A DNA stretch of 64,000 bases. It comes from Candidatus Riflebacteria bacterium HGW-Riflebacteria-1. Lineage in GTDB: Bacteria; Muiribacteriota; Ozemobacteria; Ozemobacterales; Ozemobacteraceae. The position numbers and the translations under genes were made by a program. Positions 58,423 through 64,000 of the stretch are shown in pieces. The stretch lies in the NCBI GenBank assembly GCA_002839445.1, contig PGYB01000011.1, positions 13,817 through 77,816 of the forward strand, written 5' to 3'. Below the pieces are notes generated by a model. The model saw only the letters and a list, made by a program, of their open reading frames with translations. It was not told where the DNA came from and did no database searches. Position 1 is the stretch's first letter; each line of letters starts with the position of its first letter.

Positions 58423-59466
58423 ATGATAAAGAGATTTTTACCATTGATAGCCATGCTGCTATTGTCGTGCAGTTTGCTGGCGCAAGCCGGTGGTCCTTTT
58501 GCCGTAGACTCGGCATCATCTGACGCCAATGCATCGGTTATCGCCTCATTTAGTGCCGGTTCAGGTGATGCTGAAGCAAAGCAGGCCAGAAAAGGTCTGC
58601 TGGCGGCGATTATTGATTTTATCAAAGAACTGTTTGGCGGATCTTTTGCGGGCTCCAAGGCTGAAGCTGATATTGTCAACACGCTTGACCGCGCGCTGGC
58701 AAACACGCAGCAGCAGAAAAAGGCAGCAGGTTCGACCGCAAAAAGCGCAGGCTCAACCGCAAAGGGTGCGATTGCCTCAGCAACGGCTGCGATAGAGCGC
58801 CGGGCCGCCGAGCTGAAAGCAAAAATTCCGCAGCTGGTTAAGCACGAATCAACTGGCAGCAAAAGCATTTCGGTTGGTTCGCCCAGTTTTAAGAGCTGGT
58901 TCGATGAAGCTGCCAGGCACTCTACGTCATGGGAGTTTCCGGATGTTACCAATAAATATGGCCAGAAAATAAGCCGCGAAGACTATCTGCGCGCCATAAT
59001 CTGGATCGAGAGTCGTGGCATTCACCAGGATAACCGCGGTCGTGTGACCAAGAGCTGGGCCGGTGCAGTTGGATTTATGCAATTAATGCCGAATACCGCC
59101 CGTGGACTCAAAGTTAATCCTTCTGATGCCGCGCAAAATCTCAAAGGCGGCGCCAAATACCTGGGCGAAATTTTCAACAGTGGCAGCGTGAGTAAAAAGA
59201 GCGGCGCTGAAAAGCTGATCATGGGAGCCTGCGCCTATAATCTCGGGCCATTTTCCAAAAGCATGAAGATGTCATGGGAACAGCTGAAGACTGCTAAGAT
59301 CCCGGTTGAGACAAGATCTTATGGCCTTAAAATGAAAATGGCCCTGGGTCTTGAACTCAGCGCTGCCGAAAAGACACTTGCTGATGAGTGGTTCGTGCCA
59401 AAAGACAAGAACGTTGACGAATTCACTGATGAGTTTTACGCTCATGCACAGGGCATTGCCAGATAA
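58423..59466 (+). CDS. secreted lytic transglycosylase (SLT domain) protein
   Basis: A signal peptide MIKRFLPLIAMLLLSCSLLAQA. The SLT catalytic region is IESRGIH...AGAVGFMQLMPNTA. Confidence 0.75.
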   Translation: MIKRFLPLIAMLLLSCSLLAQAGGPFAVDSASSDANASVIASFSAGSGDAEAKQARKGLLAAIIDFIKELFGGSFAGSKAEADIVNTLDRALANTQQQKKAAGSTAKSAGSTAKGAIASATAAIERRAAELKAKIPQLVKHESTGSKSISVGSPSFKSWFDEAARHSTSWEFPDVTNKYGQKISREDYLRAIIWIESRGIHQDNRGRVTKSWAGAVGFMQLMPNTARGLKVNPSDAAQNLKGGAKYLGEIFNSGSVSKKSGAEKLIMGACAYNLGPFSKSMKMSWEQLKTAKIPVETRSYGLKMKMALGLELSAAEKTLADEWFVPKDKNVDEFTDEFYAHAQGIAR

Positions 59467-59475
59467 GGAAAAAAT

Positions 59476-59991
59476 ATGAAAATTATTACTTCGGCTCTAG
59501 TTCTTCTGTTGACAGCTGCTGCACCTCTTGTTGCCCAGCCACCCGAACGCTCGGTGATCGCCGAGCTGCCGCAGGGCAGGCTTGTTCTCGAACGTTCGAT
59601 AATACCTGATGGTATTGCCTTTAACGACCGCATAACCCTTGAACAGGGCTCAGAAGCGGTTGATGTGTTTGAATCAGAAGGCCGCGCGATTCAACAGGTT
59701 GTTGCTGAAGACCTTGATGGCGACGGCGTCAGCGAATTGCTGGTTCAGATGGACCTCGGCGGCTCCAGCGGTTTCCGAGAATTTGAGCTGCTGCAGTTTA
59801 AAGAAGGCGTCTATCTGCCGGTTTGGCTTGACACTGGCTATGCCGCCGGTGAAGCTTCTATCTCTGATCGAGACGGCAGCGGCCAGAAACGCGTTTATAT
59901 CGAATACACCGATACCGATGTTGAACCCCAGGTCGAAGCCACCGCAGTATTTGAATTCACCGGCGGCACTCTGCAGCGCCTGCAAAAATAA
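59476..59991 (+). CDS. hypothetical secreted protein
   Basis: A signal peptide MKIITSALVLLLTAAAPLVAQ, and DLDGDGVSEL, an FG-GAP/calcium-binding-like motif. Confidence 0.55.
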   Translation: MKIITSALVLLLTAAAPLVAQPPERSVIAELPQGRLVLERSIIPDGIAFNDRITLEQGSEAVDVFESEGRAIQQVVAEDLDGDGVSELLVQMDLGGSSGFREFELLQFKEGVYLPVWLDTGYAAGEASISDRDGSGQKRVYIEYTDTDVEPQVEATAVFEFTGGTLQRLQK

Positions 59992-60061
59992 AACTGGAAA
60001 TGATCCAGCGCCCTTAAAGGGGGCGCTGGGTCTAAGCAAAACTTCTGTTACGGAAACTTAA

Positions 60062-62647
60062 TTGATGAATCAGACGATGTGCAGGTTTCCGATAGAAGAG
60101 AGTCTGTCGCAGATCCGGTCTGCGCTTGCTGCCAACCGCGATGTGATACTTTCTGCAGCGCCCGGTGCGGGCAAGTCGACAATTGTGCCGTTAGCGCTCA
60201 AAGACGAGCCGTGGCTGTCCGGAAAGCGCATAATAATTCTGCAGCCCCGCCGTATTGCCGCAGTAACCCTGGCGCGGCGCATGGCTTATCTTGATGGCAC
60301 GGCTCCCGGGACGGTGGTTGGTCATAAAGTTCGTTTCGACAGCAATATAACAGCCTCTACGCGTGTAGAAGTCTTGACCGAAGGCATTCTTACGCGGCGG
60401 CTTCAGAAGGACCCACTGCTGGAAGGCGTTGGTCTGGTCATTTTTGACGAGTTTCATGAACGATCAGTACATACTGATCTGTGTCTGGCCCTGTGTCGCG
60501 AAGTTAAACGCGAAGTCAGGCCTGATCTCAGGCTGATGCTGATGTCGGCAACAGCTGATCTTGAATTGGCGCAAAGCTTTCTTGATCAACCCGAGCTTAT
60601 AGAAGGCAAAGGGTTTCTGCACCCGGTCGAGATAAGCTATCGGCCATTTTCTGCTGGCCGCGACCACATTGGCGCGCTGGCTCGAGCAATCGCCCAGATT
60701 ATTGACGAGTCAGGCGCTGCTGAGGAATTTCTCGTTTTTCTGCCGGGTATGGGTGAAATTATGCGGGTTGCCGATTATCTTGCCGGCAGTGCGGCAACCA
60801 ACAGTCACCAGATCATGCCTTTGCATGGCTCACTCAGCGTCAGCGAGCAGGAAAAAGTGCTGCAACCGGCCTCGCGCCCGCGTATCATTTTAAGTACTAA
60901 TATTGCAGAAACTTCGCTGACTATCGACGGCATAACGGTGGTTATCGATTCAGGAGAAGCACGCTGGCTCGAAGTGGATTCACAAAGCGGTCTTGAGCAG
61001 CTCCGTCTGCACAGAATCAGCCGCTCATCGGCTGTACAGCGTTCCGGTCGCGCGGGTCGAGTGCGCCCGGGCAAAGCCTTTCGACTGTGGAGTCAGGCTG
61101 AGCATCAGCAGATGCCGGAAAACGACCTGCCTGAGATACTCAGAATAGATCCTTCGGCTGCTGTTCTTGAACTTTTTTCCTGGGGCTGCCGCGACCCGAT
61201 ACATTTTAACTGGCTGCAGTCGCCTGGTTCAGAGACTATAGCCCGCGCCGTCGACCTGCTTAAACTGCTGGGAGCAGTTGACGACAATGGCGTAATCAGT
61301 AGCGATGGGCGAAAGATGGTTGAATTGCCGGTAGAACCGCGCCTGGCAAGAATGCTGCTGACTGCAGCTAAACTTGGGATTACAGAATTGGCAGCACTTG
61401 CCGCCGCAGTGATCTGTGAAAAAGACTTTGTAAGAAAAAGCTCTGCCGATGTTGGCGCGATGTTTGGCTACGCCGGCAGCGACGCTGATCTCAGCTGGCG
61501 CCTGCAGCTGTTGAACGACAAAAAAGGAGCCGGTGCAGCAGCCGGCAATGTCGATGAAGGCGCAATCAGAAGAATATTTAAAGTACAGCGGCAATTGCAG
61601 GATCTTCTCGCTGTTGCATCTGAAAGGTTGCGTCCGCACGGTGATGGCGGGCGCAAGTTGCAACAAGCTCTGTTGGCTGCTTTTCCTGACCGGGTTTGCT
61701 TGCGTCGTGGCACTGGCCGCTCGCCAAGCTTTACCATTTGCAGCGGGCAGGGGCTGGCAATCTCTGATACCGGACTTTTGCCGGGTGAGCGTCTGATTCT
61801 GGCACTCCGCCTTGATCTCAACACACGTCCCGGTATGGCTGACGGGCGAGTGTTTCTAGCCTGTGCCATTGCTGAGGAAACTTTGCCTGCACAGGCTCTT
61901 TATAAGCGCAAGCGCGAAATCTTTTTTTCAGATGAGCGTGCCAGAGTTCTTGCCCGTGAGCGTACGTGGTATGGCAAACTCCTGTTGAATGATTGCGAAT
62001 CTGCGCTGAAAAGCGAAGAATCTGCTGACGCAGGACAACTGTTGATGCAGGCGGCTCTGACTTTTCCTGAAAAGGCTCTGGCCTGTTCTGACGAAAAAAA
62101 CTGCGAGTTTATCAATCGTGTGTCAGCTCTTAAAAGCTGTCGGGCCGGTGCTGACTTTCCTGAACTCGACAACAACTGGCTGGCTGAACAGATTCGCGAA
62201 ATGGCGCCTGGCAGCCGCAGTTTTACCGACCTGCAGAAACAGTCGCTTGAGCAGATTTATCTGCAAAAATTGAGCTGGAAGAACCGCGAACTTTTTGAAA
62301 AGCTGGTGCCTGAGCGCTTTGAAGTGCCATCCGGCAGTGCCATAAGAATTCAATATCAGGCCGCCGGCGCTCCAGTGCTGGCTGTCAAAATTCAGGAACT
62401 GTTTGGCATGCCACAGACTCCGGCTCTCTGCAATGGTCAGCTCAAGATGCTTGTTCACCTGTTGTCGCCCGGTGGCCAGCCGGTACAGATAACCGCCGAT
62501 CTTGCCTCTTTCTGGCAAACCGGTTATCAACAGGTGATAAAAGAACTCAAGGGGCGTTACCCGAAACATCGTTGGCCTGACGACCCCGGCAACGCTGTTG
62601 CATTTTATGGCACCAAAAAACAGTTTGCCCGCAAATTCGGCAGCTGA
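60062..62647 (+). CDS. hrpB: ATP-dependent RNA helicase HrpB
   Basis: Walker A ILSAAPGAGKST, the DEFH box FDEFHERS, SAT (MSATAD), and a C-terminal HrpB-type extension. It is 861 aa. Confidence 0.85.
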   Translation: MMNQTMCRFPIEESLSQIRSALAANRDVILSAAPGAGKSTIVPLALKDEPWLSGKRIIILQPRRIAAVTLARRMAYLDGTAPGTVVGHKVRFDSNITASTRVEVLTEGILTRRLQKDPLLEGVGLVIFDEFHERSVHTDLCLALCREVKREVRPDLRLMLMSATADLELAQSFLDQPELIEGKGFLHPVEISYRPFSAGRDHIGALARAIAQIIDESGAAEEFLVFLPGMGEIMRVADYLAGSAATNSHQIMPLHGSLSVSEQEKVLQPASRPRIILSTNIAETSLTIDGITVVIDSGEARWLEVDSQSGLEQLRLHRISRSSAVQRSGRAGRVRPGKAFRLWSQAEHQQMPENDLPEILRIDPSAAVLELFSWGCRDPIHFNWLQSPGSETIARAVDLLKLLGAVDDNGVISSDGRKMVELPVEPRLARMLLTAAKLGITELAALAAAVICEKDFVRKSSADVGAMFGYAGSDADLSWRLQLLNDKKGAGAAAGNVDEGAIRRIFKVQRQLQDLLAVASERLRPHGDGGRKLQQALLAAFPDRVCLRRGTGRSPSFTICSGQGLAISDTGLLPGERLILALRLDLNTRPGMADGRVFLACAIAEETLPAQALYKRKREIFFSDERARVLARERTWYGKLLLNDCESALKSEESADAGQLLMQAALTFPEKALACSDEKNCEFINRVSALKSCRAGADFPELDNNWLAEQIREMAPGSRSFTDLQKQSLEQIYLQKLSWKNRELFEKLVPERFEVPSGSAIRIQYQAAGAPVLAVKIQELFGMPQTPALCNGQLKMLVHLLSPGGQPVQITADLASFWQTGYQQVIKELKGRYPKHRWPDDPGNAVAFYGTKKQFARKFGS

Positions 62648-62976
62648 GCGCAATCACGACAACTCTAACCTGAAAGTTTTGTCTGGCGATAGCCCGGCAT
62701 AAGCAGTATGCCCTGGTTCGAACTCTCTAGCTCATGTGTGACAGAGGACTAGTCCTCTGGCAACATTGAATGAGTAGTTTCGCCGGTAAAAAAAATGATG
62801 CAAAATTGCTTTTATAAGAACGTTAACAAGGGCGTAGGCAGGTTTTTTGCACACGAGGTGCTTATGCCGGGCGGCTCAGGATGGAGATCGCCCGGTCCCA
62901 TGCGCGAAAGCTTTTTTGCACCCCGGCAAAAGCGGTATGCCCAAGTTGAATTTATCTACTCAATTGTGACAAAGGA

Positions 62977-64000
62977 CTAGAATTCTTTGCCCTTCATGAA
63001 TTCGTTTTTGATGAAGTTGTAGCGCGCGTTGTTAACCTGTTTGAGCCAGTCTTTTGCGCCGAAATAACCGATGACCGCCTGCTGCATGTCGACGTAGGCA
63101 TCAGAACTGCTTTGCGACTTGTCGAAGGTGTCTTTCCATTTTGTGGTTACTTCGGGATGGTAATAGAGAAAGCGCAGAGTCATTTCGCGCAGAAGCGTTT
63201 CTTTAAACCGCTTGCCACGTGCCGCATCGTCGAGTTCGACAAATGACGGCATGAACCATGAGTTCTGGGTAATAAAAATGAACCCTTCAGATGAAAAGGC
63301 GGTTTCGGTGTCAGTTGTCGGCAGATAAGCTATTGCCTGGGTGCAGGTCGAGAAAAACTTTGGCAGCACTTCGAAGAGTTCGACAATCGCGCTTTTGAGA
63401 AGGTCGGGCGCGGTTTTCCATTCTGCCGGAAGACTGGCGGCTGCGGTGCCGACGTCGACTTCGGTCACGATTGGCAGGTAGTCACCGTCGGGAATCTCTG
63501 GTGCGCCGCTGGCTGTAGGTGTTTCGACATTGCCGGGGTCGTCGCCGGGGTCAGTTGTGCTTGAAGCCGCGTCGTCGACCGGCATGTAACCCCAGCCAGA
63601 AATTGTGGCACCACCCATGACATTGTTTTTAACAAAGTCAAAGCGGGCCTGCGACTTGCTTTTTAAGCTGGTTGGTGCTGCACAGTATTCGCCAATAGCA
63701 AAGGCAAGGTCGATCATCAGAGGATTTTTGCCGGGCAGCACAATCATGTTGAGCTCAGCGCCAGGTCCATAAACCTTGGTCGAGTAAGTACCGTAGGTTA
63801 CCGCTCTGCCGTAAGCCTTGAATACGTCAGGGTTTTCCTGGATAAAGCTGTAGGCCATGCCGCGGGCAAGAATGTATTTAAAGCGTGCTATTTTTTCAGC
63901 GCTGGTCGGCATGCGCTTATAGGTTGCCTTGAATTTATTGGTGTAAACAGAAGACGGAAACATTGAGCCATAGCCCATCTGAACAATGCCATGCTGGTCG
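62977..64000 (-). CDS. hypothetical protein, N-terminus probably beyond the window end
   Basis: A long ORF. The reading frame stays open upstream of the first Met through position 64000. Confidence 0.45.
   Translation of the reverse strand, partial: DQHGIVQMGYGSMFPSSVYTNKFKATYKRMPTSAEKIARFKYILARGMAYSFIQENPDVFKAYGRAVTYGTYSTKVYGPGAELNMIVLPGKNPLMIDLAFAIGEYCAAPTSLKSKSQARFDFVKNNVMGGATISGWGYMPVDDAASSTTDPGDDPGNVETPTASGAPEIPDGDYLPIVTEVDVGTAAASLPAEWKTAPDLLKSAIVELFEVLPKFFSTCTQAIAYLPTTDTETAFSSEGFIFITQNSWFMPSFVELDDAARGKRFKETLLREMTLRFLYYHPEVTTKWKDTFDKSQSSSDAYVDMQQAVIGYFGAKDWLKQVNNARYNFIKNEFMKGKEF

Overview
Annotation of a 64-kb window from a diderm bacterium of unknown taxon (about 50% GC, GGAGG-type ribosome-binding sites), made by reading the six-frame translations and the raw sequence only; no searches were run. 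(1) Positions 1-7711 carry a complete type I-E CRISPR-Cas effector and interference operon on the minus strand, in the order cas3, cse1, cse2, cas7e, cas5e, cas6e, then the 5' part of cas1, which runs off the window start and appears frameshifted. The CRISPR array itself is not in the window. (2) Three tandem pairs of ~1000-aa paralogous membrane proteins lie at 9.6-15.5 kb, 21.7-27.6 kb and 27.7-33.6 kb. Each has an N-terminal transmembrane helix, two large extracytoplasmic domains, a HAMP domain and a C-terminal class III nucleotidyl cyclase domain. The two members of a pair overlap by 8 nt (ATGNNTGA) and are degenerate at complementary catalytic positions, which suggests an obligate heterodimeric sensory cyclase amplified threefold. 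I consider this the most interesting coding feature. (3) A ~1.1-kb region at 18.28-19.37 kb is ORF-free and purine-rich, is bounded by a sigma70-like promoter and an intrinsic terminator, and contains GNRA-tetraloop hairpins. It is a candidate large structured ncRNA. (4) Immediately after it (19.38-19.86 kb) is an iteron-like array of six 16-bp direct repeats plus two copies of a 16-bp perfect palindrome around a small gene. (5) A decayed accessory island at 33.6-37.6 kb holds VapBC and RelE/AbrB-type toxin-antitoxin pairs, two disrupted Uma2-family endonuclease genes plus a third 3' remnant, and a frameshifted dinD-like gene. (6) A pseudopilin cluster encodes a giant 1808-aa prepilin-type protein. 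(7) The rest is housekeeping and efflux: a Nudix hydrolase, a rhomboid protease fused to TPR repeats, an ACT/UPF0210 pair, a membrane-anchored spermidine-synthase-like protein, acetate kinase, a methyltransferase, a VapC/Phd pair, a TolC/RND/adaptor efflux operon, a lytic transglycosylase, and hrpB. (8) Non-coding repeats include a (CGTAAT)x15 microsatellite inside a complex repeat block in a divergent promoter region, a ~58-bp tandem repeat x4.5, and a 23-nt exact repeat at two sites 53 kb apart.
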